A stretch of DNA of 64,000 nucleotides from an uncultured Gammaproteobacteria bacterium (GCA_963768415.1 CAVYHX010000033.1:2306-66305); one strand, 5' to 3'; counted from the first letter of the stretch, positions 39,863 to 49,408 are shown. The notes: generated by a model not told the origin, from the sequence alone. Numbers and translations are program-made.

Positions 39863-39976
39863 ACCTGAAGCATATATAGAACGCGCAGGTTGGGCAAAGG
39901 AGCGTAGTGACGCTGCACATGGAAGTACAAGTGCCGCGGGAGGCAGGAATATTCCAATCAATCAGAGCCGCCCTGA

Positions 39977-40912
39977 CTATTCAAATTCCACTGGAGATTG
40001 CTGCTCGATGTTTACATGAAGCTTGAAGATATCAGGGCGCGAATAATGCCCTGCTACATCAAGTGTTCGTTTTGCAATACCCGCACGTTCATGATCAACC
40101 TCACCATAGAGAATCCCTTCTGCTTCGCGCATGGGACCAACGCAGATCTCACCGCCAGGTGCAATGACAACAGAATCACCCGCGTTCACCCATTCATCAT
40201 TATCCGGGTAAAGTCTGGATTTTTCGGGGAAATCATTCGGGATATCACTACCCTTCAGCAGATTTCCGCAACCCACCACCCAGCAACGACCTTCTCTCGC
40301 AATATGCTGCAAGGTTCCAAGCCACTCGTCTCCGCTATCGTAAGTTGGAGCGATATATATCTCTACACCCTGTGAATACAATGCATACCGCGCCAAAGGC
40401 ATATAATTTTCCCAGCATATCAATGTACCGATTCGCCCGGCAGGAGTATCAACTACGTTCAAACCGGATGCGTCACCAAAGCCCCACACCATTCTTTCCG
40501 GATTGGTCGGCATCAATTTTCGATGACGATTCAGCAAGGTCCCATTCGGGCCGATGACTATTACGGTGTTGTAAAGTGTTGCCTGACTCAGGTCGCTACC
40601 GCGTTCATTCATACCACATACAATGGTTACTTTGTGCAGTCTTGCGGCATCATAGAGTGGCGTTAAGTCACCACTTGAAAGGTTGACGGCGTTTTGGAAC
40701 AGACGCGAGTGAAGTTCTTCTGAAACAGACCAGTCCCCTCCCGGCCTCAGGCGCCATATCCAGGCGGGATAGCCGGCGATAAATGCTTCGGTAAAAATCA
40801 CAAGTTCAGCGCCGCTGCTTGCCGCTTCTTTAACCGAACTGATCGCGCTGGCTATCGTCCTTTCCTTATCCAGAAATACGGGCGCTTTTTGAACAACTGC
40901 TACCTTGGTCAT
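39977..40912 (-). CDS. nitrilase (carbon-nitrogen hydrolase superfamily)
   Basis: Intact 311-aa ORF. Catalytic Glu (VIFTEAF), Lys (HRKLMPT) and Cys (LICWENYMP). Confidence 0.9.
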   Translation of the reverse strand: MTKVAVVQKAPVFLDKERTIASAISSVKEAASSGAELVIFTEAFIAGYPAWIWRLRPGGDWSVSEELHSRLFQNAVNLSSGDLTPLYDAARLHKVTIVCGMNERGSDLSQATLYNTVIVIGPNGTLLNRHRKLMPTNPERMVWGFGDASGLNVVDTPAGRIGTLICWENYMPLARYALYSQGVEIYIAPTYDSGDEWLGTLQHIAREGRCWVVGCGNLLKGSDIPNDFPEKSRLYPDNDEWVNAGDSVVIAPGGEICVGPMREAEGILYGEVDHERAGIAKRTLDVAGHYSRPDIFKLHVNIEQQSPVEFE

Positions 40913-41121
40913 TTCAATGTCCGCAAATTACCTGCCGGTACTCTAGCAGAGAAGCATTGAACATTTCTCTATTCAGGCAGGATCACCAGTCGCTGCTTAG
41001 CAGCTAACCCAGTCGCCTGCCCCGTGAACTTGCGATTACAGCCGAATACAGACCTGCAAATGGAAAAAAAGGCGACCGGAAGACCGCCCAACATGATCAT
41101 GGACTCGCCAGCATTCCGGAA

Positions 41122-41487
41122 TCAGCGCCCCGGAGTCCAACCCTGTGCCTCGGGGGAATTATCGCTCTCACTGGTAGATTTCAGACTGTTTGCTGATCGG
41201 GGGATAGTCCAATGGCTGGATCTTGGCGGGACACCCCATCGCTTGCTGACAGGGGGGATAGTCCAGTGGCTGGATCTCGGCGGGACACCCCATCGCTTGC
41301 TGACGGGGGGGATAGTCCAATGGCTGGATCTTGGTGGCATACCCCACTGCTTGGCGTTTGCATTGACAACATCCTGACCCCTCTCGTGTTCATTGACAGA
41401 TTCATCGGCGAACACGGCTGGTGATACGATAATCAGGGCTGGCATCAAACACGCGAGTATTGCACCCAATAATTGCGACTTCTTCAT
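41122..41487 (-). CDS. small secreted protein with three tandem 18-aa repeats
   Basis: ATG at 41487 gives MKKSQLLGAILACLMPALIIVSPAVFA (signal peptide). WG(V/M)PPRSSHWTIPPVSKR occurs three times, encoded by 54-bp DNA repeats at about 41200-41360. Confidence 0.6.
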   Translation of the reverse strand: MKKSQLLGAILACLMPALIIVSPAVFADESVNEHERGQDVVNANAKQWGMPPRSSHWTIPPVSKRWGVPPRSSHWTIPPVSKRWGVPPRSSHWTIPRSANSLKSTSESDNSPEAQGWTPGR

Positions 41488-41673
41488 GGCGATCCACCGT
41501 AAGTTATTTATTTTTACCAGCCTGATGTCTTCAAACTGCTGGCAGATTATCATCATTATAGAGTACACATTGAAGTGAAGGCTTGATATTGGCTAAAAGT
41601 AGCATATGGCTCGGCTAATAATTATTAGTCACATGTATAGAATTGATTGTGCCCTGACGCCCTTTAATTTCAC

Positions 41674-42189
41674 GACTCTTCGCCAAAACGGGTTGGAAGA
41701 TTACCGTTGTAGGGCCGAATTCATTCGGCCAACAGCCATTATTGCCATTGGAGACAAGGAGGTCACCATGTCCTATGACGCATTGCGCAGGGGGCGTCAT
41801 TCCCTGCACCATCAAGTCTATTGCATTACCACGGTTACCTGCGGTCGTCATCCTTTTACGTCCGTGCTGCCAGCAAGGATGAGGATGTTCGCCAGATTGC
41901 GCGGTAGATCGTTGCCAACCCGTTGCGAGCGGGCCTGGATTGGAATAGACGATGAAATACCGTTGGTCGAATGAATTCGACCCTACAGATCTTATTGAAT
42001 GAGGGTGGAACACCGCTGGTCGAATGAATTCGACCCTACAAGTTTGATTCAAATACGATGAAATACCGCTGACCGAATGAAATCGACCCAACTGTAGGGC
42101 CGAATTCATTCGGCCAACAACCTTGGCCATCAGAAGGAATGCGTCTCGTCTAAATCGATTAAGTTACTCACTCAACCAGGGGAAGATCC
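41674..42189 (+). mobile_element. family A element, longest copy: both terminal repeats, flanking REPs and a decayed RAYT gene
   Basis: Left end GACTCTTCGCCAAAACGGGTTGGAAGATTACCGTTGTAGGGCCGAATTCATTCGGCC. Right end ...GTAGGGCCGAATTCATTCGGCCAACAACC...GATTAAGTTACTCACTCAACCAGGGGAAGATCC. Three inverted REPs (GGTCGAATGAATTCGACCCTAC) lie between. No target duplication is visible. Confidence 0.7.
41768..41955 (+). pseudogene. remnant of a REP-associated tyrosine transposase (RAYT, IS200-like Y1 family)
   Basis: N-terminus MSYDALRRGRHSLHHQVYCITTVTCGRHPF. A second frame gives KDEDVRQIAR*IVANPLRAGL, where TAG (41905-41907) replaces the Tyr of the conserved ARYIxANPxRAGL end motif. The catalytic middle (about 100 aa) is missing. 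Confidence 0.6.
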
Positions 42190-42200
42190 TTATATATGAG

Positions 42201-42929
42201 TTAAGCCGCTTTCTTGCGTCTGGCTATTCCGACCAGTCCCAGCAGGCCGGAGCCGAAGAGCCAGAGGGCTGCCGGTATTGGAACTGCGCCGACATTGCCC
42301 GATTGCACAGCCCACGCATAGAATTCGTCGGTCATTTTGCCTGGGGTTTGGAGACCAGTACTGAAGTAGAAGCCCCACGCGTTGCCGGGAGAGGGCTCGT
42401 ACTCCGTGGCAGACCAGTAGGCGCCACCATAGAAGCCACCACCGGCAGTCGGGAAATCAAAGGGATCCCTGTTGGTGAACCAGCTGCTCGATGGCGGTTG
42501 TTCACACACATCCGGATCCTCCGGCGATGGGTCACATTTACCAGCGTTACCCAGAGTATTATAGAACAGGTACGCCATCTCGCTGGCCAGGCTACCCCCA
42601 TACAAAGTACCCGGGACGCTGATGTTGTAACCTTGGTCTTCGCTACCGATGAAGGAATAAAGGTTGTCATTGGCCGGGTTGCCATCGATGGGATTGGTAT
42701 TCGGCAACCGCCAGCCGGTGACACCATCGATGTTCAGGCCCGCCGCCCAGGCGTTGGCATCCGCCCATGTCATCGAACCATTATTGGCATTCGTCAGCCA
42801 GGTCAGGTCCGCGACATCATCATAATAGGCCTGCCCGCCGAGCACGGGAATCAGCGACGCAAGGGATGGCAGGGTGATAAAACTGAAAACTACGGCGCAT
42901 AGCGCACCCCATAGGCGTGATTTATTCAT
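42201..42929 (-). CDS. DUF1566 (Lcl C-terminal-like) domain protein with PEP-CTERM sorting signal
   Basis: Signal peptide. GWRLPNTNP, AYWSATEY, AWGFYFSTG and YAWAVQSG blocks. C-terminal VPIPAALWLFGSGLLGLVGIARRKKAA. Confidence 0.75.
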   Translation of the reverse strand: MNKSRLWGALCAVVFSFITLPSLASLIPVLGGQAYYDDVADLTWLTNANNGSMTWADANAWAAGLNIDGVTGWRLPNTNPIDGNPANDNLYSFIGSEDQGYNISVPGTLYGGSLASEMAYLFYNTLGNAGKCDPSPEDPDVCEQPPSSSWFTNRDPFDFPTAGGGFYGGAYWSATEYEPSPGNAWGFYFSTGLQTPGKMTDEFYAWAVQSGNVGAVPIPAALWLFGSGLLGLVGIARRKKAA

Positions 42930-43127
42930 AGTGGATAACTCTTAGGTAAAGATTAATGTACTCAGATTAACAGTTCCAGACTGTCAGTATATTGCCCAAA
43001 AGTACTATATCCATAGAAGGAAAGTGGAATGTTCCCTTAAATTTCCTATCAGGATTGCATCACCACACTTACCCGCGGGTCTGGTTCGGAATATTGGCGA
43101 TTACGACCAATGGGACTGCATCTGGAT

Positions 43128-43267
43128 AACAAATGACGATGAAACACCGATGGTCGAATGAATTCGACCCTACAGTAGGGCCGAATTCATTCGGCCAACA
43201 ACCTTGCCACCAGCAGGAATGCGTCTCGTCTGAGTTGATTAAGTTACCCACTCAATCAGGGGAAGAT
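43128..43267 (+). repeat. family A partial copy (one REP unit plus conserved tail)
   Basis: ...gatgaaacaccgatggtcgaatgaattcgaccctacagtagggccgaattcattcggccaacaaccttgccacc...gattaagttacccactcaatcaggggaagata. Confidence 0.75.
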
Positions 43268-43389
43268 ACAATTTCACAGGCATCAATGTTGAAAGGCGAT
43301 CCCTTGGTGGAGTGTTTTTTATTAAACTATCATAAAACAGCTACGCTGATGCCGGCGAGAATCACCAATGTGTGACGCTCGCAGAATGT

Positions 43390-43944
43390 TCAGACGCCCT
43401 CCGCCCTCATCCATTTTCTCAAAAATGCCAGCCCTGACTTGTCGTTTTTTTTCCCACATTTGTCGGTAGCGACCAATTGCTTGTCTGGACCATAAATCTC
43501 TATATGTGGCGTACCGCAGCTCGTCATATTGAAGATACCGTTCTTCACAACGGCGTAATTAAAGTTGTAAAGATTTATTCGCCTGGCAAGATCTTCCGCT
43601 TCCTGGGGAGAATTAAAATCAATACTCATACCTGATTCAGGAAAGTGTAATTTGCGAATAACAACATCGTTGCGCTTTTTTATAAACGGGAGAAATCCTG
43701 CCTCCAACTGCTTGCAAATAGAACAGGTATCGATATATACCTCAACGATAGTGTAATGATCTTTTACGGCCAGACTGGATGTTCGTTTAGATCGTGCGAA
43801 TAAATCCTTGTATTCATATTTCCTGATTTTTTTAATATTCTCTGCACGACTTCCCGAAGCCATTACCGGTGTAACAAAATATTTCTCATTAGAGATATAA
43901 AAATACGCGATAGCGACGACAGCAATAATAAAAACTTTTTTCAC
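43390..43944 (-). CDS. membrane-anchored thioredoxin-fold-like protein (CxxC)
   Basis: GTG at 43944 with GGAGA 7 nt upstream. N-terminal TM helix KKVFIIAVVAIAYFY. CSIC motif after a beta-strand (YTIVEVYIDTCSICKQL). The gene is low in GC. Confidence 0.55.
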   Translation of the reverse strand: MKKVFIIAVVAIAYFYISNEKYFVTPVMASGSRAENIKKIRKYEYKDLFARSKRTSSLAVKDHYTIVEVYIDTCSICKQLEAGFLPFIKKRNDVVIRKLHFPESGMSIDFNSPQEAEDLARRINLYNFNYAVVKNGIFNMTSCGTPHIEIYGPDKQLVATDKCGKKNDKSGLAFLRKWMRAEGV

Positions 43945-44326
43945 TGGTGATTCTCCGGTGCGCTTCCCGATGAATATGAGCTTCGCTTGCCACCCGCACT
44001 GGTTCCCGGGCTGTAATGCCACACACAACCTGGATGCCGACCGCGCGTTCCATCCCAGGATGATGAATGATGATTTAAAAATAATACAAAGGGTGTCACA
44101 GTCAATTATCTCGTAATATTAGAATTAACTGTGCTCCGACAACTCTTATATGTCGTCGGCTGACCAGTACAGATCTTGAGGAAGATTAATTGAGTTATAC
44201 CTTTGATATTACAAATACTTTCAGGCGCTCTATTTTTTCGGCATAACACTTCGCATCAGCGGTAAAATGGGCACGTAGCGTGCATTTTTTCCTGCTGCAT
44301 GCGCTTGTAGATGAATCATCGAGGAA

Positions 44327-44647
44327 TCAATTAATAGTAACTGCTGTTCCGCTTACGCTTACCATCAACATGCCTCCTCTGCCACCGACTGTTTCATAAT
44401 CAATATCTATTCCGACAATTGCATTTGCCCCTAAATCTGCAGCTTGCTGTGACATTTCATTAAACGCTATGGTTCGCGCTTTCTGTAATTCTTGTTCGTA
44501 AGCTGCTGACCGCCCTCCGACAATATCGCGAATACTCGCAAAAATATCTTTAAAAATATTTGCACCTAAAATGGCTTCTCCCGTTACTACTCCGTGATAA
44601 CTGGAAATATCTTTCCCCTGGATGCTGGGAGTAGTCGACTGAATCAT
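44327..44647 (-). CDS. ybjQ: YbjQ/UPF0145 family protein
   Basis: Intact 106-aa ORF with GAGGAG upstream. Matches the family pattern [25 protein letters not shown]...[10 protein letters not shown]. Confidence 0.85.
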   Translation of the reverse strand: MIQSTTPSIQGKDISSYHGVVTGEAILGANIFKDIFASIRDIVGGRSAAYEQELQKARTIAFNEMSQQAADLGANAIVGIDIDYETVGGRGGMLMVSVSGTAVTIN

Positions 44648-44705
44648 GCTTTGTCTCCTCTATAATTGCTTCCCATCTAATTACTAGATGGAGGCCTAAA
44701 AGTCA

Positions 44706-45003
44706 GCCAGTGTAGGGCGCAATAGCGCAGCGTATTGCGCCGCAGGTATCGGCATCAACCAGGTGAGGTAACGTTCATTACAACCAGCCGATCACCTTCA
44801 TGATGTATCCAGGCCGCATGGGATAGATACGTCTGTTCCGGTAGCGCATATACCCTTACAGTCAGAATACCCATGGTCGAATGAATTCGACCCTACAGCC
44901 AGTGTAGGGCGCAATAGCGCAGCGTATTGCGCCGCAGGTCAGTACCAACCAGGCAAGGTAACGTTGATTACGACCAGCCAGTGTAGGGCACAATAGCGCA
45001 GGA
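44706..45003. repeat. REP family B cluster (gtagggcgcaatagcgcagcgtattgcgcc) with an embedded family A REP
   Basis: About 85-bp units gccagtgtagggcgcaatagcgcagcgtattgcgccgcaggt...aaccagg.aaggtaacgtt.attac.accagcc at 44706-44790 and 44898-44980, with a partial third at 44986-45003. A GGTCGAATGAATTCGACC lies at about 44876-44893. Confidence 0.75.
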
Positions 45004-45016
45004 TGTTTTACCTGTC

Positions 45017-45736
45017 TCAGGTTTTTTCAGTTTGACTATTGCTGACAGGCCCCGGGTCCGGCGAAATATCATCAAGGCGGGTCTTGAGTGTTGCCACCTC
45101 GGCGCGTAACTGGTTGACCATCTGCTCAAGCTGCTCGATGCGCCCGGATTCCGTGCCCGGCCCGGCTGGCACCGCAGGTGCAGGTGCAGCAGCCTCGTGC
45201 ACTTCTATCTCGCCGCCAAACAGGTGTGCATATCGGGCCTCACGTTTTCCCGGTTCGCGCTGGAGCTTCGCCACGAAGGGTCCATCATCGCGCATCATGA
45301 GGTGATCGAGTGTCGATTCGACCTCGTGGATATCCTGAAATTTACACAGGCGTTCGGTGCGGGTACGCAGTTCACCCGGTGTCTGGGGGCCGCGGAGCAA
45401 CAAGACGCACACAATACCCAGTTCATGCTCGGAAAACTTCAGGGACCCGAACTCGGTATTACAGAAACGGTGCTGAAACTTGGTGACGCGACTGCCGAAT
45501 CCGCTCTTCTCGTTGACATAGCGCTTCTTTGTCAGGGCGTCGATGATGTCACGCACTGTGGCTTCGTCGAGTTCCAGCATCGGGTCGCGGCTGCTCTTCT
45601 GGTTGCAGGCATTGGTAAGTGCATTGAGCGAAAGCGGGTAGTGTTCGGGTGTAGTGCGCTGCTTTTCAAGCAGACAGCCGATCACGCGTGCTTCATAGGG
45701 TGTCAAGCGAATGTCCACTAACGACCTCCATACCAA
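45017..45736 (-). CDS. yceH: YceH (DUF480) family protein
   Basis: Intact 239-aa ORF. LTPYEARVIGCLLEKQRTTPEHYPLSLNALTNACNQKSSRDP is typical of the family. Confidence 0.85.
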   Translation of the reverse strand: MVWRSLVDIRLTPYEARVIGCLLEKQRTTPEHYPLSLNALTNACNQKSSRDPMLELDEATVRDIIDALTKKRYVNEKSGFGSRVTKFQHRFCNTEFGSLKFSEHELGIVCVLLLRGPQTPGELRTRTERLCKFQDIHEVESTLDHLMMRDDGPFVAKLQREPGKREARYAHLFGGEIEVHEAAAPAPAVPAGPGTESGRIEQLEQMVNQLRAEVATLKTRLDDISPDPGPVSNSQTEKT

Positions 45737-45835
45737 TTGGTCCGGTCAATATAACACCATGCTGAATGCAGTATGACAGCGAAGGCACGAGTCAGGTCGA
45801 AACCGGCCGGCTGCATACTGTCACTTGTCACAGTT

Positions 45836-46108
45836 TCAACGGTCCGAGTGACCCAGGTCCTTGTCCGGTGCAATCCGGTCGCGAATCAGCTGCTTCAACT
45901 CTTTCGCCTCCGGGTAACGGCCCTGCTGCTTTTTCGACCAGATCAGCTCTCCGTCCAGCCGCACCTCGAAGATTCCGCCCCCAGCCGGCACCAGGGCTAC
46001 TTCCCCGAGGTCGGTGTCGAACGTCATCAGTAACTCCTGCGCCATCCAACTGGCGCGCAGGATAAAGCGGCATTGTGAACAATAGGTGATTTCGACACGT
46101 GGTTTCAT
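45836..46108 (-). CDS. SelW/SelT/SelH (Rdx) family thioredoxin-like protein, Cys form
   Basis: 90-aa ORF with N-terminal ITYCSQCRF (CxxC in place of CxxU). Confidence 0.8.
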   Translation of the reverse strand: MKPRVEITYCSQCRFILRASWMAQELLMTFDTDLGEVALVPAGGGIFEVRLDGELIWSKKQQGRYPEAKELKQLIRDRIAPDKDLGHSDR

Positions 46109-46212
46109 TGTGTATCCATGATGCGAGTACTATTTTAACCACATAGTAGAAAGAACCGCGCACCGGGTAAAGCAGCAGCACGTGAGGATAAAAATAGCTC
46201 GCCACCGCGACG

Positions 46213-47076
46213 CTACTCTATATTCAGTGCAGAACCATCACAACGCACCTGTGCGGACCGCCGAAATAAAGTGACCGCATTCCTGCAGCCGATACCGCGG
46301 GCGATATCCGCCGGGAGTTGCCCGAGCCAGTCGCGGTGAAAGCGCCAGAATCGCCCCAGTTCCTGCCAGCCGGTATCTGCCGTATCCCAGCTATCCAGCT
46401 GCTCAACCGGCCACACCGGGTCGGATCCGAGCATAAAGCGGTCCGGATACTGCAGCAGCAAGGCACGCCATTCCGGCAACAACTGGCCATGCGCAGAGGT
46501 TATCGGATTGTCCACGAAGCGCCAGGGATCGCGTGCCGCGAGCCCCGCCCATACATTACCGCAGGCTCCGAACACCCGGGCAACCGCTTGCGGGGGCAGG
46601 ATTGCTCCGGCATGCGCCCACACAATCCGGGTTGCGGGAAAACGCCGGCACAGATCCAGCATCACATCCGGCCGGGAATACTCGGTATGTATCAACACCG
46701 GCACATCGAATTCATGTGCCAGGTCCATCAGTGCCGGCAGCACCCGCGCCGTATCCAGGCGCGGTGCGAAACCACCAATCAGATGCAACTCGCCGATGCC
46801 ATGATAGTGGCCCGATGCCAGTGCGGCACGCGCGCGCACCACTACACCTTCGTCGTATGCCCAGCGATGCCAGTCGCCACCGGTTTGATAGGGACTGAAT
46901 ATCGGCACGATTTTCCCGGGTGCCAGGCGTGCCAGTTCCAGCGCCAGTTCTGCCGGCGTGCCGATGACCACGCCCATGATGATATGTTCCCGCGCCAGCA
47001 GCTCAACTGCAGCCGCTGCCGACGTCACATCCTGCTGGCTCCATTTGTAGTGCAGGTGCATGTCAGCCACCGGCAT
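46213..47076 (-). CDS. TIM-barrel amidohydrolase family protein
   Basis: Starts MPVADMHLHY (HxH metal site). Later HTEY, WAHAG and LGSD blocks follow. The ORF-track extension to 47487 runs through repeats and the upstream gene. Confidence 0.75.
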   Translation of the reverse strand: MPVADMHLHYKWSQQDVTSAAAAVELLAREHIIMGVVIGTPAELALELARLAPGKIVPIFSPYQTGGDWHRWAYDEGVVVRARAALASGHYHGIGELHLIGGFAPRLDTARVLPALMDLAHEFDVPVLIHTEYSRPDVMLDLCRRFPATRIVWAHAGAILPPQAVARVFGACGNVWAGLAARDPWRFVDNPITSAHGQLLPEWRALLLQYPDRFMLGSDPVWPVEQLDSWDTADTGWQELGRFWRFHRDWLGQLPADIARGIGCRNAVTLFRRSAQVRCDGSALNIE

Positions 47077-47120
47077 TTGTGCCCGCAACCCGGCCGGCAA
47101 ACAGGCAAGCAACAACAAGA

Positions 47121-47308
47121 GCCCGCGTAGGGCGCAATAGCGCAGCGTATTGCGCCGAATGACTTCCAGCCCGCGTAGGGCGCAATAGCGCAGCGTATTG
47201 CGCCGAATGACTTCCAGCCCGCGTAGGGCGCAATAGCGTAGCGTATTGCGCCGAATGACTTCCAGCCCGCGTAGGGCGCAATAGCGTAGCGTATTGCGCC
47301 GAATGACT
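47121..47308. repeat. four tandem 48-bp family B REP units
   Basis: gcccgcgtagggcgcaatagcg(c/t)agcgtattgcgccgaatgacttcca repeated four times, fully intergenic between 47076 and 47318. The period is a multiple of three and free of stops, hence the spurious RNTLRYCALRGLEVI x4 translation. Confidence 0.85.
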
Positions 47309-47317
47309 GCACGCCAA

Positions 47318-49087
47318 TCAGCCCGGAGCCCTGTCCTCGTAGCGGGAGGTATTGAATTTGCGGCTGAACAGTTCATAGATCTCGGCCACCGTGCGCGGTT
47401 TGCTCTGCCGTGTATGGAAAATACCCAGGTTGCGCTTTGCTGCCCCGGGGAATATATCATGGGCAACCTTGTCGGGATCCTCGGCAAGGGTCTTCAGGAA
47501 CGAAAGTGCCCCCGATGAACCGAAGAAATGAGTCAGATAGAGATCGGTACGACCGGGAACACGCCCCAGCCTGCGCAACAGTCTTTTCGTATTTCGCTTG
47601 ACGTGTTCCGCGGCCAGCAGTGCAGCGATCCTCGGATTGAAACGCAGATCGAGGACATGTTGACGCACTGCAGCATCACGAATAACAGGGCGCGTCTTAC
47701 CGTTGCGGGTGACGATATGCTCCACCTGGGCTGCATAGTTTCCGATACCATACTTGTCGCCATGATTACGGACGGCATCGAGCCAGGTTTCTTTTCTGAA
47801 CTGGTATAACCCGGCAGCTGATGAAGTTGCGGCCATGGATGCCGGATCAAAGGAACTCTCGGTTGCGGCGAGCTCCATCAAGAAAGAAAAGTCCACTCCG
47901 GTGCGCAGGGTGCTCAATCGAATGGCCGCCAGCACACCACTGTCGATACTGAACTTCCGCGCATCTTCCCTGGCGCGGGTCGCGAAGTGTTTAAGCACAG
48001 AACCCAGTTGCTGACCGGACGATGCATCCCCGGGATCCGCCACGGGAAGAAACAACAGCTCGAATTCCTCCAGTGCCTGACGGGTCTGCACACCCTTAAA
48101 CCCGTCGGCCCGCGTCTGGCCCAGGTCGAAACCGAGGGCCAGCAAATCATGCTGCTGGTCTTTCAAATCCGGATCGAACTCGGGCTTTCCAGCCGCACTG
48201 ACCGGCGTTGACACCTCCATCAGCAACGGCGGACCCCGGCGGTCATGGGACATGCGCTGTTCGGGCTTGCGTACCGGTTTGTCTACCGTTGCTTCCGGAT
48301 CCGAAGCGGGCGCGGCCGGCCCGGGTGCGTCCTGCCTGCCCTTATGACCGGCCGGCGCCGTATCGGGGTCGATGGCTTGCGTGGTCTTCCGCTCGAGTAT
48401 GGCGGCGAGCCTGACCAGCAGATCCTGCTGGTTGTTGAAGTGACGCTCCATGGATAGTTGCATCTCCCGAATACCCTGCGCGACATCTGTTTGCTCCCGC
48501 TGTCTGCCCCCGGAATCGTGTATCGTGACAATAACCAGCAGCGCGCTCAACAGAAAGAGCAGACCTGCAATCGCCGCTAATGACAACACCGGCTGCCGTG
48601 TTCGGGTCGACTCTTCCTGCGAGGATTCCAGCAGCTGTTTACCGAATTCATTGAATGACGTTGCCTGTACTGAAAGGCGCGCATTGAGATTACGCTGTTC
48701 TGCCTGCAAGCGGTTGAGCGCTTCCCCGGTTATATGCTGGCTGGATTCATACAGCGTGCGCTCCGCTTCGAGTTTGCTCTCCAGCGACCTGAGCTGCTCT
48801 TCGGTGATCTCCTGGCGTCGGGATGCCGCTTCCAGTGAAGCCTCCAGCAACTCAACCTGCTCGCGAGCGGCGCTGCGCTCGGATTCAATGGCGGCCAACT
48901 GCCGTTGCAGCGTATCGATCTGATGGGCATCCCGGGTGCGAACCTGTGCGAATTCATCACGTGCACTTGCCAGCTCCGCCGCCACCGCCTGGTGCCCGGC
49001 CCGGACGTCGGCGAGCTCGCGTTCGAGCACAGTCGTCCGCGGGAAGGCATAGCGCTTCAGGGTGTGCAGGGTTTTTTGCCAGGACAT
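47318..49087 (-). CDS. bitopic protein: N-terminal coiled coil, TM, peptidoglycan-binding-like and lytic transglycosylase (SLT)-like domains
   Basis: Intact 589-aa ORF. Heptad-rich residues 1-150. TM helix VLSLAAIAGLLFLLSALLVIV. LLALGFDLGQTRADGFKGVQTRQALEEFE is PG_binding-like. ELAATESSFDP...AAGLYQF is an SLT-like catalytic Glu-Ser region. Confidence 0.65.
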   Translation of the reverse strand: MSWQKTLHTLKRYAFPRTTVLERELADVRAGHQAVAAELASARDEFAQVRTRDAHQIDTLQRQLAAIESERSAAREQVELLEASLEAASRRQEITEEQLRSLESKLEAERTLYESSQHITGEALNRLQAEQRNLNARLSVQATSFNEFGKQLLESSQEESTRTRQPVLSLAAIAGLLFLLSALLVIVTIHDSGGRQREQTDVAQGIREMQLSMERHFNNQQDLLVRLAAILERKTTQAIDPDTAPAGHKGRQDAPGPAAPASDPEATVDKPVRKPEQRMSHDRRGPPLLMEVSTPVSAAGKPEFDPDLKDQQHDLLALGFDLGQTRADGFKGVQTRQALEEFELLFLPVADPGDASSGQQLGSVLKHFATRAREDARKFSIDSGVLAAIRLSTLRTGVDFSFLMELAATESSFDPASMAATSSAAGLYQFRKETWLDAVRNHGDKYGIGNYAAQVEHIVTRNGKTRPVIRDAAVRQHVLDLRFNPRIAALLAAEHVKRNTKRLLRRLGRVPGRTDLYLTHFFGSSGALSFLKTLAEDPDKVAHDIFPGAAKRNLGIFHTRQSKPRTVAEIYELFSRKFNTSRYEDRAPG

Positions 49088-49315
49088 ATTATTAACAGGC
49101 AGCTTTATTATTGTTAACCGGTTGTCATCGTCACGTTAGCACATTCTGGCCAGGCTGAGAATCGCCCGGGCCGGTGCAGCGCCAGAATCGATTGCGCACC
49201 CGTAATCACAGGATAGCTGCGCATGTATGCAGGCGCGTATACAAGCGTGCGCAGTGGCACTGGAAACCGGCCGCTAAGGGTCTGAGGAGCAGGTATTGCT
49301 TTCAATTACACGCAT

Positions 49316-49345
49316 TTGACAAGCGTTAGCTCGCTGGCGTTAAAT
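49316..49345 (+). promoter_or_regulatory. sigma70-like promoter
   Basis: TTGACA (49316-49321), an 18-nt spacer, then TTAAAT (49340-49345), about 65 nt upstream of the 49409 start. Confidence 0.4.
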
Positions 49346-49408
49346 CCCTGTCGGATATCCGGTATTTGATATCCCGGTGCCTTATTACCTGACTAGGGGA
49401 CTTCACCA

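Noticed and set aside
47077-47487. The N-terminal 137-aa extension of the amidohydrolase ORF (ORF track 46213-47487).
   Set aside because: The extension consists of translated 48-bp REP units, then overlaps the 3' end of the upstream 589-aa gene in another frame. The conserved HxH start MPVADMHLHY at 47076 is the sensible start.
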